From contig NW_003314329.1 of assembly GCF_000143415.4 (NCBI RefSeq), forward strand, positions 745,763 to 809,762: a stretch of 64,000 nt of DNA, written 5' to 3'. Below are positions 23,582 through 38,241 of this stretch, piece after piece; position 1 is the stretch's first letter; every line of letters begins with the position of its first letter. The notes beneath the pieces were generated by a model, which saw nothing but the letters and a program-made list of their open reading frames with translations, made no database searches and was not told the DNA's origin. A program made the position numbers and the translations under genes. The DNA comes from Selaginella moellendorffii (lineage: Eukaryota > Plantae > Lycopodiophyta).

Positions 23582-24854
23582 ACCTTGGTGGCTCATGTAA
23601 GGCCACAGTGTTTCGAAATGTTGCCCTAAAGTCCCAAACTGTGGAAAGGAAGAGGAGCAATCCTTTGATATAGTGACCAAGAACTCAGTCATTTGGTGAG
23701 GAAGTCCCAAAGGACAGTGGGACTTAGTGGTCGGGCCTGTGAGCCCTGACCCAGTGGCAGTATGGGCGAACACGGCCATGGACGCAAAGGGACTTGGTGG
23801 GGACTGAAAGAGGGATATAGGGGAAGGTTGTTCCCCTTGTCTATGGGCATTCTAAAGATACCAACTTATAAGCAACTAAATTTTTCCATTCTACTTTAGT
23901 CACTTAACCATACCTCTAACCACTTGAAGGAGTCTCACTCACCACCTCCATAAGTTCTCTTTCGGACTTGAGACTTACTAGCCCCGAGAATGGTATCCAT
24001 GCCAGTCAACTTTTGCATTTGGTCTAACTGCTCCACGTGTCCAATCCCATGACTAACACCCCAAAGATACAACTAACATATCAGTCTATTACACTAAGGC
24101 CATGCCCATCCACCTTTGTCATGCGGTGATCCAACACCACCTATATCATAATCTTGTCTCTTAAAGATTGGGCCATCCATCCATGAGTGATCATCCCAGA
24201 TTCACTCCTTAGCATCCTTAGGATTCCTTCAAACATGGGGAATAACCGTCCCCAATATCCCTTTTTCGGTCCCCACCAAATCCCTTTCTATCCATGGCCG
24301 TGTTCGCCAACACTGCCACTGGGTCAGGGGCCCACAGGCCCAACCACTAAGTCCACTGTCCTCTGGGACTTCCTCACCAGATGACTGTGTCCTTGGTCAC
24401 TACACCAGAGGACTGCTCCTCTTCCTTTCCATAGTTTGGGGCTTTGGGGCAACATTTCAGAACACTGTGGCCTTACACGAGCCACATGAGTACTTTCCCC
24501 ACCTTCTACCTTTGGGTGCTTTAGCCATGGGTTTAGAGCGAGGTTCCATTGAGCCATGCTAGGTATCCAAGTATGTAATGCCACCCACACTTGAACTAGG
24601 AGTATTGACCATTCGATCTCTTGAGGGAACTAGAGCCAACTCTTGAACACTTCACCAAGCTACCCTGCTTGTTTGTCCGTATTCACTCTAGCTTGGACTC
24701 CTTAGTGGTTTTATCATCACCCACCATGTGGGTATAAACTTCCTTGGTCATACTGCCCTTTTTTAGCCAAACTGGCTCCACTAGAGTCCTCCCCCTATTA
24801 TACTTTTGGAGCCCACCAAACGCTTGGAGACGAATGCTTTGGGCTTTCACCTTC

Positions 24855-25330
24855 AGACTCGAACTCAGACTTGGACTCAGACTCGGACTCGGACTCGGAC
24901 TCAAGCTTGGGCTCGGTCTCGGCCTCAGTCTCGGTCCCGGTCCCAATCTTGGTCTTGGTCTCGGTCTCATTCTTGACCTTGGACTCCATCTCGGACTCCA
25001 TCTCGGGTCCATCTCGGCCTCCATCTCAGTCCATCCCGGACTCCATCTCGAACTCCATCTTGGGTCCATCTCAGACTCCATCTTGGTCCATCTCGGACTC
25101 CATCCCGGACTTCATCCCAGCCCATCTTAGACTCCATCTCAGGTCCATCTTGGACTCCATCATGGATTCCATCTCGGGTCCATCTTAGACTCCATCTCGA
25201 TCCATCTTGCACTCCACCTCGGGTCCATCTCGGACTCCATCTCAGACTCCATCTCAGGTCCATCTTGGACTCCATTTCAGATCCATCTCAGAGTCCATCT
25301 CGGATTCCATCTCGGGTCCTTCTTAGACTC
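24855..25330. repeat. 6/12-bp tandem minisatellite (ggactccatctc)n inside an LTR
   Basis: Direct reading; it is the source of the low-complexity ORFs in this interval. Confidence 0.9.
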
Positions 25331-28300
25331 CTCCACATGTCATGTGTTAGTCCTCTTGTGTCCCTTTCTAGAGACTCTCTTATTGCTTGCCTCATGCTCG
25401 TTCCTTGAGCACTTGGTTGGGAGTTCCACTCCCACTCTCGACTCTTTAAGTCGGAGCATTTAGTCCAAATGTGTTACGCTCGTTTGACTTCCACTTCAGC
25501 CACTACCACGTGGCACCCTTTTGGCTCCACTTTGGGGCTTAGGGATTTGTGTCTCACAACTCCACCACCCATAGACGAAGTTTGATGTCTTTATCAAACA
25601 ATAAACATTTTTATAAAGTAACCCCATCATAGATTACCACTTCTCATCCTTGGCACTTAGCTAATATCCGTCAATGGTTCGACATCAAAGGCTTTTCATG
25701 CCTTGTCCATCCTTAAGGAGCATAGTCTCTCCATCTTAGAGACTTTTTCGACCACATGGGGTGGTTCACTCCCCTTTTATTTGTTTAGTTCTTGCTAAAT
25801 TCATTAAAGACACCTTCTTTATCTCAATCCCACTAGTCATTCTTGAGTAGTCTTAGTTTCCATTGATATAATCTTTGCACTTTGGTACTTTCTATTTTTG
25901 ACTTCTTGAGGTCAATTTCCTAGGTGTTTTTGACACTTTGCATTGCATATATTGTGCAACTCCACTTCTTTATCCTAGGAAGTTCTCTAATTGAGGGCAC
26001 TATCATCCTCTTTCTTATTTCATACCACTTTTGGCACTAAGTTCCATTTATCATAATTTGTGCTAAAGTTGTCTATGGCCCTATCATTTGGCTACCTTAC
26101 CGCTCCCTTTCACCAAATCGGAGCAATTGGGAATCCATCTTTGGAAACACATTGCTTTTCCCACAATCCGTTAACATCCCATACATTGGTGTTCCGGGCC
26201 TAACTTTGCCATTTGGATTCCTTTCCATGATTCCCATGGCTCTTTTCTTAGCCACTAGTCTTTTGTTCCTATCCTTTGATTGTTGTACCTAACAATATAG
26301 GATCACTACCTCCATCATTGAGGTATTCTTTTTGTTCCATAACAAAGCTCCACTTTGCCAAATCCAGAGGGTGCTCATCTCTAATAGGTTTCTTTAACAT
26401 TTTCTACTATGGGCCCCATTCATGGCCCAACTTTATGACCCTCCCATGGGTCTTTCCTAGAGACTATTTTCTTTGGACTCCCTATGCCATCGCCTTGACA
26501 TAGCTCATTTCTTTTAGGTGTTCATCCCACTTGGTCACCTGGACCAAGCCACACCATCATCAATAGCTCAAATCAGCACTTTGAATTAGGAACCTTATTC
26601 CTTAACCTCACAAGGACTTTGTCTTTGTTTTAGCCATAAGATCACTTAGTGATCAAACTTTGACACCTTAACAAGTTTGCCAATAAGTACTAGGTCTTTC
26701 AGACCTTTAATTGTTGACCATGACCCCAGGGGCATCCCCCACACTTAGCAGTGCACCCAAGCCAACCCTTCTAGCCAAGGGTCCATAGCAACTAAGATTG
26801 GGTGTCCCCATCTCCTTTATCATGTCCTTGGTGCCACTTGCACCAAAGTGTTTAAGTTAGATATACCAAGCCACACTAAGCAATCTAACCATGCATCACG
26901 ACTCTGGGGCATCCCCCACTTGGTAGTGTGCCCAAGCCAATCTCCTTATTGAGAATCCATGACCACCGAGAAATGAGTGTCTTCATATTCCAAACCATCA
27001 CCATGCTCTAGTGAGTTGGGACTTGAACCCAAGCACTAGAGGGTTGGGACTTGAACTCAACCTCTATATATACATCTATGGACGGCATCATCTAGGATGT
27101 TTGACGCGACTCACCACACTAGTGCACCAATTTATATTTAATGTGCGCTACAGATCACAGCTTAGGCACCTAGTTCCTCCACATTGCCAAGCCCTCTCAC
27201 TTAACAAGTCTGTGATCATGCATGGACTCCTCCATACTTAGCCCCTTGGGCCACCCCTTTTGAAGTTAACACCTTCAGCTAGGGGATTTGTTCCCCTGAC
27301 TTGCCAATTTCACTTCACAAGTCATTTGACTAATATAACATGGTTTCATGCATAAGCGTGAAAGTCCTTAACCATCGACTTCCTTTAAAAGCCATCCCTT
27401 TGAACACTTGGGAACTACTTCCCCAACCTTGATAACCTTGCCTTCTGGCAAGTTTCAAAACCACATTTCTGCTCCACCACTTTGATTTTGCACGTACCAT
27501 TTACAATTGGCTTTTCTAGGTACTAAGCTACCTAGAATCGCTTTGGGAACCTTGAAGGCATTTTGTCCCTTAGCTTGTTAAGGCTTCCCCTTTTGCAAGT
27601 TTTTTAGTTGTTATGTAGTCTAAAATGGATAATTCCATATTTTAGACTCTCTATAGCATCACGATTGCTAGTAACAACACTCTTGAGCACCCACTTGATT
27701 CTCTACTCCCAACTTGCATAACCACCCTTGGTTATGCCCTTTGATTCCTATGGTTTAGTTCTATCCCTTTACTACTTGCTTTTGGCCTCGCACATTTCTT
27801 TTGGTCATTCTCCTCCAGACTAAGAGAATAGCTTTGCACTTTGTATCATGCATTAGCAAGTATTCTTAGGGATGAACTTATGCAATGACTTAGGGAGTGG
27901 TTTTTCAAACTAGATATATTCACCATATAATCCCACACATAAGGATTAATGTTGTTACGCATGAGTATCTTCATGCCAAAATCCTTTTGAGTTTGTCTAA
28001 TTTGGATAGATAAAATTTTCTCGTCTCTGCAAATTTGGACATTGGATGACACCTTTTATCCATTGTTCTTTAAAGACTTAGTCCCTTGGGCTTTACCTAA
28101 TGCCCTCATGATACTAAACACCACTTCCTGGATGTTTTAAAGTGCTTATATATCCTAATGATGGACTTCTTTGACAATGAGAATTTTCTTTTATGATATT
28201 AACTCACTATATTGCAATATAAGAAATTTAACCCTCAAGAGAAATATCTATCTTTCTTTTTATCCTAATAAGAAGTTCTAGGAAGTTGAATTTTACTAAT

Positions 28301-30972
28301 CCAATCAATTATACCATATATTTCGCTTAGTTGCTTTATAGTCATTAAATTCTATAACTCATTGTTAGTGCTTCCACACCTCCATCATTATTTGGGTTCA
28401 CACACTTGAATCGCATGCCTTCCAGCTTAAGCTATTGCAATCTTATTTCTATTAGTATTCCTTTGGCAAAGGGTTCTCATGAATCAACCAACTTGACTTC
28501 AAGGCCTCATCCCTTGAGACACTTGGGGTCTCCACCCCATCAACTCCACAAACCTACTCTCACGACACTTTTCACTTGTGTCTAGGTTTTTGCCAAGACC
28601 AAAGTAGTCATTTCTTATGCCACCTGTCAATTAATACTGCACCATAGTGTTCACACATAACTCTGCGCCAAAATTGTTTTCTTTTGGGAACACTTTTAGT
28701 AGGACTTTAGTATAGCACATTCTGCCATCAATGAGATACCCATTATTTTTCTACTTAGATCTTATAATCCTCCCCGTCCTTCATAAGATACAATATACCT
28801 CAGTCCAAATGTTTTTACAAATCCTTTAGGACCATTCCTTAACTCCATCTGAGTCTTGGACTTTGCTAATTCAACGACTCATAATATCCTAGCCTCATAG
28901 CTATTTTTGAGGTGCCAGCTCGTTGGAATACAAACTTTTATATTTATATCCTATTCACAAGGACTATCTTTGCAAGTGTTACCCTGACACTTGATCATTC
29001 TTTGTTCTATGTGGGGTACCTTTACCCCTTAGGACTATCTATCCATATGATGAGGATACTGACTCATCCTCTAAGTACACCCCTAGCTCCTTGGGTTGTT
29101 CTAGTATTTATTAAAGGTAGCCCCGGCTACCATTTTAAGGACTTGTATCCTCATCCGTATTTGACCTTCTACCGTCACTAATTCCAATCTCAAATTCTTG
29201 AGCACCATCTTTAATTTATGAGGACAACCTTATGACTCTTTTATTGTCTAGGAGTTTCCATCATTCCCATGATCCCAACTATAGTTGTTTACTACAACCA
29301 CATTAGTTAGTTTGCTAAGTCAAATGCTTATATAGATCACATCCTCAACTCTCTAAAAAAAACCTTTTACTATTCCCAAGATCTTAAAGTCATTCCCTTA
29401 TTGGTCCCCTTCTATCCACCATATTGCCTGCCAGTTCACACATTAACTATAGTGGAGAGCCATGTCCTCCTGACTTACTACTCCTTAAGTATAATCCCAC
29501 TTCTGGGACTTTCCAATGTTACTATCAAATGGTGATATACTTGATTGCCAATAATAGTTGAACTAAGGAACAACTCTAATACCAAGTTGTAAATGACTAA
29601 ATTTTCCATTCTTCTTTAATCATTTAACCACACCTTCAACCACTTGGAGTTTCATTCACAACCTCCATAAATCCTATTCATGACTTGGGGTATGCTAACC
29701 CCATGAATGACATTTATGCTACTCACCCTTTGCACTTGGTCTAAATGCTCTTTGTGTTTGATCCCATGATAGGCACCTTAAAGGTACCATTGACATATCA
29801 ACTTATTATGCTAAAGCCATGCTTATTCACCTTTATCACATTAGTAGTTTAAGACCACCTACATCACAGTCTCGTTTATCAAAGATTGGGCCATCCGTCC
29901 ATGAGTGGTCATCCCTTGACCACAATTTAGCACCCTTAAGATGCCTAGAGACATGGGGAATACCCTTCCCTAATGTCCTTTCTTTTATCCCCACCATCCC
30001 TCTTCATCCACAATTATACTTACCAACACTACCACTGGATTAAGGCCCAAAGGCCTAACCACTAAATCCCACTGTCCTTTGAAATTTCCTCACCATGTGA
30101 CTATATCTTTGGTCATTACACCAAAGGATTGCTCCTCTTCCTTTCCATAGTCTGGGACTTTGGGATGACATTTCAAAACATTATAGCCATACATAAGCCT
30201 CGTGGTTACTTTCCCCACCTTCTGCCTTTGGGTGCTTTAGCCATGGTGCTAGAGTGAGGTTCTATTGAGCCACGTTAGGTATCCAAGTAGGTAGTGCCAC
30301 CCACACTTGGACTGGGAGCATCAACCTTTCAATCTCCTCGAACTAGAGTCAGCTCTTGAACACTTCACCAAGCTATCCCACTTGTTGGTCTGTGTCTGTA
30401 TTCACTTTAGTCTTGGACTCTTCAGTGAATATATCATCATCCAACATGTGGGTATAGCCTTCTTGGGTCATATTGGCATTTCCTGGCCAAACTGGTTCCA
30501 CTAGAGTCCAACCCTTACACTCTCCCTACTATACGTTTGGAATCCCTTGCAACACGCACCCCCCCCCCCCCCCCCCCCAACACTTAGACACTTACCATAA
30601 ATAACATATATAACTAACACATTAAGACATGATAACAAGGGTGTTTGGTTAATATAGTAAATTATCACATAGCGATATTGAGGAATTAGGCTCAATATGC
30701 AAGGGTTCTTGTCATTAGCCAGTGCAAGACATAACAAAATGGGAACTCCTTACCGAGCTAAGTATGCTTAACTAATAACACATAGAAATTCTTGTTTTTA
30801 TGCTCGTTCGGTATAAATACACTCGAGATGTCCAATTAATTCCATTAACATAAGAGGGACTGCCAAAAGGATCTAATTGTGCTGATCTCCTGCCGTCATG
30901 GCAGTAAGAAGAGAGTGTCCATAAAGACTGGCCAACAAATATTCTTTGATACCCAAAGTCATATTTGAGACA

Positions 30973-33480
30973 GTGGAGGGCATCAAGTAGGTTTGTCCTT
31001 ATATGAAGAACTAATGATTCCATTAGCTACTGACATGCCTCTCTAGAGTGCCTGATATGAGGACCACAAGCATATGAACATTCTCTTGCAGCAGCAAATA
31101 AGGAATTGTGTTGGGATAAATGCCTACATATACTGGGCATGAATACATGTAGCATGGAACAAAACAAATTAGATCACAACCTATGACATAGGAGGAATCA
31201 TAATATCTACATCTGCTTTTAATAGCACCACCTTTTGATCAACCAAAAGTACTTTTTTCACAATTGCCTCTACAAAGAGAAACCACACACATGGCTTGTG
31301 AGCCAACATCAATTTGGATACCATATTACCTTTGCATGGCTCCTTCCACAGATACATCCCTTGCTTGATTGGAGCAAATGTTTTAAACTCAGAAGTGCAA
31401 TAAAAAGCTTTGTGTGAATATTCAAGTTTAAGCACCCCCCAACTTCACAGGTCTGTGACCATTAGAGAAAGTGAGTTGCCTCTCTCTTATTTCAATCTTC
31501 ACACCTACAGCATCCATCCAGTCAAGTCCCAACAGCGCTGCATCTGCACACATGACTAGACATGTTTGTGTCCCCAACCTTTAGAGCAAGGTTGACTAGA
31601 CCTTGAGGTGTATATAGCTCATCGTTAGCCATGTGTATACATATGTGATGATAGGGGAGTACCACCTTGGAGGCCTTGGTCACCCACTTTTCTGGCACTG
31701 TTGTCACTTCACAGCCCATGTCCACCATGGCTACCACTTTCTCAAAAAAATCTGAACTCAGCCATAGAGATAATGAATTGATCTTCTTTTGTTCAACCAT
31801 ATCAGGACCACACTGAAATCTTGTGACTGTAGAAAGAAGGGCAGTGGCTTCTACTACTCTTAAGTCAGGCTGTCCATTATCTGCCTGACCTTTGCCCAGG
31901 TGCAAGCTCTAGTTTAAATTCTCTTCCAAAGACTTGGTTTTAAGGGCATCAACTTGTTCATTCAGGTCATTGTATCACTTCTCTAGATCAGGAATGTAGG
32001 TACAGTTACATTGAATATGGCCTTCTTTCCCAGAAGTGTAGCAGCAGATCCTTTTGCTAGGTCACTTATCCCTTTCCCCATCAGCAAGTGTTGACCACTT
32101 GACACCACCACTTGGTGTATCTGTTCTTTTGAGACCAGCTACCTCTAGAGAAAATCTCACCTCTTTTGGTATCATAGTGACAGTCCTCTCACTCTCCTGA
32201 GTCATCACTCTCCTACAAGCAGCATGTGCTGCAACTATCTTGGGCTTCCACTTCTTCAATGCTTCTGCTGTTGTAGAAAGCAACTTGTCCACAGATCTTG
32301 TTTTTGCTGCGATCAGATAAAGCTGCAGATCCTTAGGAAAGCCTCAATAAAAATCTTGCTTTGCCATCCTCTCTGCCTTGTCAATGTCATCAGAGATTTA
32401 TATGGCAGCCCGTCGCAGCACAACCCAGTACTGCTGCACAGTTTTGCCCTTTTGATAGTTCCTTGTGTTGATAAGTTCAAAGTCTCTATCCTCTGGATCC
32501 TCGATGATGAAGAGCCTCTTGGCTAAAGCTATGGCCTCATCCCAGGACACCATTTGATCTCGAGCATAGTGTGTGATAAACATTCTCTATGCCTCTCCTG
32601 AGAGAGCCATACAAAACACATTTATCTTCTCACAGTTAGCTACCTTATTGTTATATTCAAATACATCCAAGTACCTATCAACATCATCTCCAAGTTGGAA
32701 TGTGGGATACTTCAGTCTAGCTGGGTGTGGAGCCTCCCGTGCAAAGAGAGCTTGCTTGCCAAGACTTGAGCTTCTAGTGCCAGTGATATTACACATCATC
32801 TTAGGACTCTTGAGAATAGCAAAAACCATTGTTGCAAGTTTGTCCTCTAAGATATCATATCTTAGGTACGGGAGAATTCCCAGCTTGCATCCTAGGCTCA
32901 CATTTCTCGTTCTTCCATTAGGGAGCCCTCATGAGCCATATTTATCTCCATAGTTTCCATGAAAAAAAACCTACCACACCACATGGTGAGACTTCCATAT
33001 GGGGTGTTTCTATTGACATCACTTTCCAGCAATGCCCTTAGCATCCTCATTGAAAGTCTCAATGCCACACAAAGCCTTGACACTTCTTGTCAAGCTATTA
33101 GACTCTACTTTGCTCAAATTAACAACCACTCATGTTGCTCAATTTAGCATTATCAAGCTTCCTGCATGGTCCGAGAATGAAGGACAGCCACACACTGCTC
33201 ATAAGAGCATTCAGTAAAGTGGCTGCCCTTCATCTCCACCAAACCAAGACTTCTCATTCATGGACTCATGCACTCACAACAACAAAGCCTCAAAGAAAGC
33301 ACACCTTTCCAGTTGTAGTGTCTGCCAAACACCTTGTGTGCTCAGACTCTACACCACTTCCAAGGAATCAATCTCCCTTACCCACAACCTCACAACCTCA
33401 CAAGAACCCTCCTCCTCAAAATGTACTGCCATGTTAGCCTCTTTGCCACCTATTATGTGATATGAGAAAAAGTTAAGGTT
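30973..33480 (-). mobile_element. Truncated, degenerate gypsy-like gag-protease
   Basis: 'KYPTFQLGDDVDRYLDVFE', zinc-knuckle remnant near 32000-32050, aspartic protease-like 'AMVDMGCEVTTV'. Confidence 0.65.
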
Positions 33481-33528
33481 ATAGTTTGATAGGGGCTTCA
33501 CTAACTAGTCACCGAATAGGACACCTTA

Positions 33529-33846
33529 GGGCGGGGCTCCATGCATCCTCCATGTGGAAATTTCTCCACCCCAGAAAAAAAATTCCCCCATCTAAAATTT
33601 TAAAATTACATGTAATCCCCTTTAAAAATGCCACATCATTCATATAATTTTTGCCCTAAATAATGAGGCACCATTTTATTAGTTGTTCTATTGAGTTTTA
33701 GGCACTGGGAAAAACTTTCAAGAGGGACACAAAGTTTTCTCTTCCCCCCAATTCCAATGTTATATTACTGATAGAGTGCATGGAACAAGGGGTTAAAAGT
33801 TTCTCCCCTTGAAAACTTCTCCAAAGGGATGCATGGAACCCTACCC
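33529..33846. mobile_element. Tourist/PIF-Harbinger-like MITE
   Basis: 20-bp TIR GGGCGGGGCTCCATGCATCC / GGGTAGGGTTCCATGCATCC (17/20); TTA TSD on both sides. Confidence 0.8.
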
Positions 33847-34459
33847 TTAGCCCACTAAGTTTTCCTTTTAGCCAGTTGTCAAGGCAAAGCAAAACTCATA
33901 TTTGAAAATTACACAAGTGACGGATGAGGGGTAAAAGAACCTTGAACTGCAACAAATTAAGCAGTGCATTTTAAACTCAAAGAAATCAAAGATGAAAAAA
34001 CTACTTGCGATTGCGGACATCTTATGTGATAAAGATTGACTGGATTGCATTGCAAAGATATGCTCTCATAGTAGTAAATTAGTCCCTTTTATCTTTCTTA
34101 TTCCACTTTGAAATCCTTGTCCTTGCAGAAAATGGTAAAGCACCTGAAGAATTGATCTATAACATTGCAAAAAGCAAGCTCTCCTTCAACTAACAAACCT
34201 CTTGCTTGGAGCTCCTCAACACTTGACATCATAACAATGATAAGAGGTTGGAGAGCAAACTTGAGAATGTGATGAAGGAGAAGCTCTATATCACTCAGAG
34301 TATTGTGGCTGCTGAGGAGTTACTTCAAGCATGGGATACAAAGTTCCTTACTAGTGCCCGCACTAGCATAACACTTCTGTAAGGAACCAACTCGCCAAGG
34401 TGTCGTAGGCTAAAGGATCCCCAAAAGCATGACCAAAATGACAAAGAGTTTATCGGATG

Positions 34460-34650
34460 GGACCGAGTCCAAGATCGAGTCTAAGACCGACTCTGAGACC
34501 GAGTTCAAGATAGAGTCTGGGATCGAGTCCGAGGCTGAATCGGAGACCAAGTTTGAGATAGAGTCCGAGATCCAAATCGGGTTCGAGACTGAATCTGAGG
34601 TCGAGTCCAAAGTCGAGTCCGAGATCGGGTCTGAGATCGAGTCCGAGTAC
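34460..34650. repeat. 12-bp minisatellite (gagtccgagatc)n in the 5' LTR; longer copy at 43438-43698
   Basis: Direct reading; copy number differs between the two LTRs. Confidence 0.9.
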
Positions 34651-36377
34651 TAATACAGATCAAGGGGTGAAAGCCCAAAGCGTGCGTCTCCTAGGGGGGG
34701 GGGGGGCTGCAGGGGGTTCCAAAAGTATAGTAGGGATAGTGAGGTCTAGGAACCAGTCTTGAAGGAACTCTCCAGTAGTGCTTCCAAACTGACTTGAGGT
34801 TGAGACTGAGGTCGAGGGGCTTTGGGTGGGAGTGAGCAAGGACTTGGGTGGTGCTGGAGGGGCCACCCAAGGAAGTGCTCAAGAGCAGCTCCCACTCCCG
34901 AAAGGGAAACCAACTGTAGTGCTCCTGGCTCAGGTGGAATGGTGCCCCACTTGAGTACCATGCAGCTCATTGGTCCTCACCCTTCTTAGGGGCTTGGGCC
35001 TTCCTTCAGGGTGGAAGTTGGGGGGGGGGGGGGTAGACGTACCCATACTGGGCCGTTAGGCCATGGTGTTTCGCCCCGGCATCACAAAGCAAGTGTTGCA
35101 CTCAAGACTTGGGATTTAGAGGGCCCCATGATTAAGTCTTGTGGTACCAAGGGGTGTTAGGAACCTGGAGGCTTGGTGTGCTTGGCTGCTTGTGCCTACA
35201 GGGAGTGTAGCCGAACCTTAAGTCTCGTCTAACCCGGGAAGGGGGATTGAGAGAGATTTGGGAATACGTGGATGGATGGCTAATGCTCCATTGCTCATGT
35301 AGTGAGTAGCTGAAACCAAGTAGGACCAAGTAGGAGCTGGTACCATAGGCGGGAACTTTGGCGAGGGAACATAGCAACAGTCAAAGCAGTGTTGGACGGA
35401 TAGACGAGGTAAATTGGCAAATTGGAAAGGAAAAATTTGTGGCTTACAATTTGGTATCGGAGCCTTTTCCTCGGTTCTAGCGAAGGATAGAGGCAGATTT
35501 CTGGGAGATGGCAAAGGCAGGGTGGAAACAAACCAAGGCAGAGACGGAACCTCTTCCAGAGATGCAACCTCCGGTCGAACAAGAGGCCATGGATGAGGAA
35601 TCCTTGGATGAGGAGGACTCTAGTGAGGAAACTTCCAAACAGGAGTCCGGTGGTGAGGTGCGGTTGTCTAAGGCTCGATTGGACGTTCTAGAAGGACAAT
35701 TGGCTCAGACCAATGCCCTACTAGAGACTCTCGTACGCAAGCTAAAGCGTGACCAGAAGCAGAAGAAAAAGCGAAAGATTGCGGATGTTGGCAACGCAAA
35801 AGGTGCGAACCCTTCGGTAGGGACTTAGGCAGAACCAAACAAGGTCAAACAGACCGAAGTGGAATTAGTCCCTCAAGCAGTTCCCAAGTACAAACCAAAG
35901 CCCCCACCGGTCTTCAAGGGAGTGAACGATTATAAAGTGGTGGAGGATTGGTTTTATGATATGGAAGACTACTTCCGAGCGTTGCGGTTACCGAGCTCGG
36001 AGAAGGTCCCATGTGCAAAACCATACTTGGCAGATAATGCCAAGTCTTGGTGGAGAACGACGGAGGCCAACGAAGGACCGATGGCCACTTGGGACATGAT
36101 GAAGGCGAGGATCCACGCGACTTATGTTCCTCCAAATGCTACTCTACATCTAAGAGACGAGCTGAGTAGACTGAAGCAGACCGGAACCATTCAGAAGTAT
36201 GTGAATAAGGCCCAAGATCTAAAGGTAGGGCAATGCAAGGCCAAAAACTCTTGCTTCAACGTAGTGTCCACAAGAGGACAACTCACTAAAGGAACCAAGG
36301 CAGCATTTTTGTGCTTACTCTTGATGAGAAGTGACAAAAAGACAGGAACAGAAGAAGTACCTTTAGTGATCTAGCGG

Positions 36378-37151
36378 GTGTTGGACCAATTCCAAGATAC
36401 CATACCGGAGGAACTACCGGCGGGGTTGCCCCCCGCACAACCGATAGAATATAAGATTGAGCTGGTCGAGGGTGCTGAGGCGGTGGTTCGTCCCCCTTAT
36501 CGTTTGAATGAAAAAGAACTTGTAGAGATCAAGTGCCAACTAGAGGAGTTAGTGGACAAAGGGTATGTTAGGTTGAGCAAGTCGCCGTATGGGGTGCCGG
36601 TGCTATTTGTGAAAAAGAAAGATGGATCTATGCGCATGTGCATAGACTACCGGTTGCTTAACAAGTATACAAAAAAGAACAAGTACCCTTTGCCAAGGAT
36701 TGAGGACCTGTTCGATAAGTTGGGAAAGGCAAAATACTTCTCAAGGATTGACCTAAGGTCAGGATACTACCAGATCAGGGTAGTAGAGGAAGATGTCGAG
36801 AAGACAACCTATCGAACGAGGTATGGGAGCTTCGAGTTTCTGGTGATGCCTTTCGAGCTATGCAATGCGCCGGCAACGTTTTCGGCATTGATGAACCATA
36901 TCTTTGTACCTTATCTGGATCACTTTGTGGTCGTCTATATTGACGACATCCTAATCTATAGCGAAATGCTAGAGGAGCATGCCAAACACTTGAAAAAGGT
37001 GTTTGAGAAACTAAGGGAACACCAGCTGTATGCTAAAGAGAGCAAATGTGACTTTGCTCAACAAGAGGTAAAGTTTCTCGGGCATGTGGTGGGCAAGGAC
37101 GGGCTCAAGGTGGACCCTAAGAAGGTCCAAGCGATCCAGGATTGGGAGTGA
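36378..37151 (+). CDS. pol: Reverse transcriptase domain of element A (pseudogenised pol)
   Basis: '[14 protein letters not shown]', '[13 protein letters not shown]', 'VYIDDIL'. Confidence 0.9.
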   Translation: MLDQFQDTIPEELPAGLPPAQPIEYKIELVEGAEAVVRPPYRLNEKELVEIKCQLEELVDKGYVRLSKSPYGVPVLFVKKKDGSMRMCIDYRLLNKYTKKNKYPLPRIEDLFDKLGKAKYFSRIDLRSGYYQIRVVEEDVEKTTYRTRYGSFEFLVMPFELCNAPATFSALMNHIFVPYLDHFVVVYIDDILIYSEMLEEHAKHLKKVFEKLREHQLYAKESKCDFAQQEVKFLGHVVGKDGLKVDPKKVQAIQDWE

Positions 37152-38241
37152 CTATCGAATGTACACAAGTTAAGGGCATTCTTGGGGCTATGCAACTACT
37201 ATCGAAAGTTTATCAGACACTATTCGAGAGTAGCCCTACCCTTAATGGACCAAACAGGAAAAGGGAAGATGGTATGGACAACAGAATGCGAGGCGGCATT
37301 TGTCCACCTCAAGGGGAAGTTGAGGAAGGCTCCTGTGTTGGCATTACCAGACTTTGAGTTAGAAACGGATGCTTCAGACTTTGCGTTGGGCGTAGTTTTG
37401 AAGCAAGACAACCATCCAGTAGCGTTCTTCTCGAAGAAGTTGTACAAGGCTTAACAGAAGTGGCCTGCCCATGAGAAGGAATTGTTTGCGATGGTCAAGG
37501 CACTCAAGGAGTGGTGACACTACCTTGGGAGACACTTCAAAGTTTACACGGACAATGTGGCAACGAAACACTTCTTGTCACAGCCTGACCTGAGGGGAAA
37601 ACGAGGTCGGTGGGCCAATGCTTTGGCCGAGTTTGATTGCGAGATTCTGTACAAGCCTGGGAAGAGCAACATCGTGGCAGATGCGCTAAGTTGAAAAGCG
37701 AGCTTGAAGTTGGCGATATCCAACGCGACAGGAACCTTTTGGGATGATGTGCAGACCACATACAAGAACGATGGTCTAGCACAAGAAGTGTTGCTGAGGA
37801 ATCTAGAGGCATGGGAAGCTCACCAGAGAGGTGAACTGCCAACAAAAGAGAAAACAGGCTATAGACTTATATATTACAAGAAAAAGAGGGTGTATGGTCC
37901 AGAAGAGGAACTAAGGAAGGTAGCCTTAGAAGAGTGTCATGATGGACCTCTTGCGGGACATGGCGGAGTGCCCAAGACAATGGGCTTACTCAAGAGGAAG
38001 TACCACTAGCCAGATATGGCTAAGGACATCCAAGACTATGTAAAGACATGTCCAACATATCAGCAGGTCAAAGCCATGACTAAGGCTAGTGGGGGCTTGT
38101 TACAAAGCATCCCAATTCCAGATCGTCCGTAGAAATGTCTTACGATGGACTTCATCACGGGACTCCCCCCAAGCGAGGGGTTCGATGCGATATTTGTGGT
38201 GGTGGATCAATTTTCGAAGATGGCACATTTCATACCCACCA

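Larger units (their letters stand above)
19076..30972 (-). mobile_element. Tandem non-autonomous LTR element (family C; LTR-int-LTR-int-LTR) with an internal inversion of ~19421-23855
   Basis: LTR ends at 19076, 23868 and 29588; Met-PBS (taatacca) at ~29577-29584; PPT tatgggtggtggagt at 22392-22406 (+) and 25558-25575 (-); internal 19430-22400 is the reverse complement of 25560-29480; no long ORF. Confidence 0.75.

Noticed and set aside
24683-25275. Repetitive SD/ES/RP-rich ORFs (also 34410-34653 and 43338-43816)
   Set aside because: Translations of the 6/12-bp LTR minisatellite
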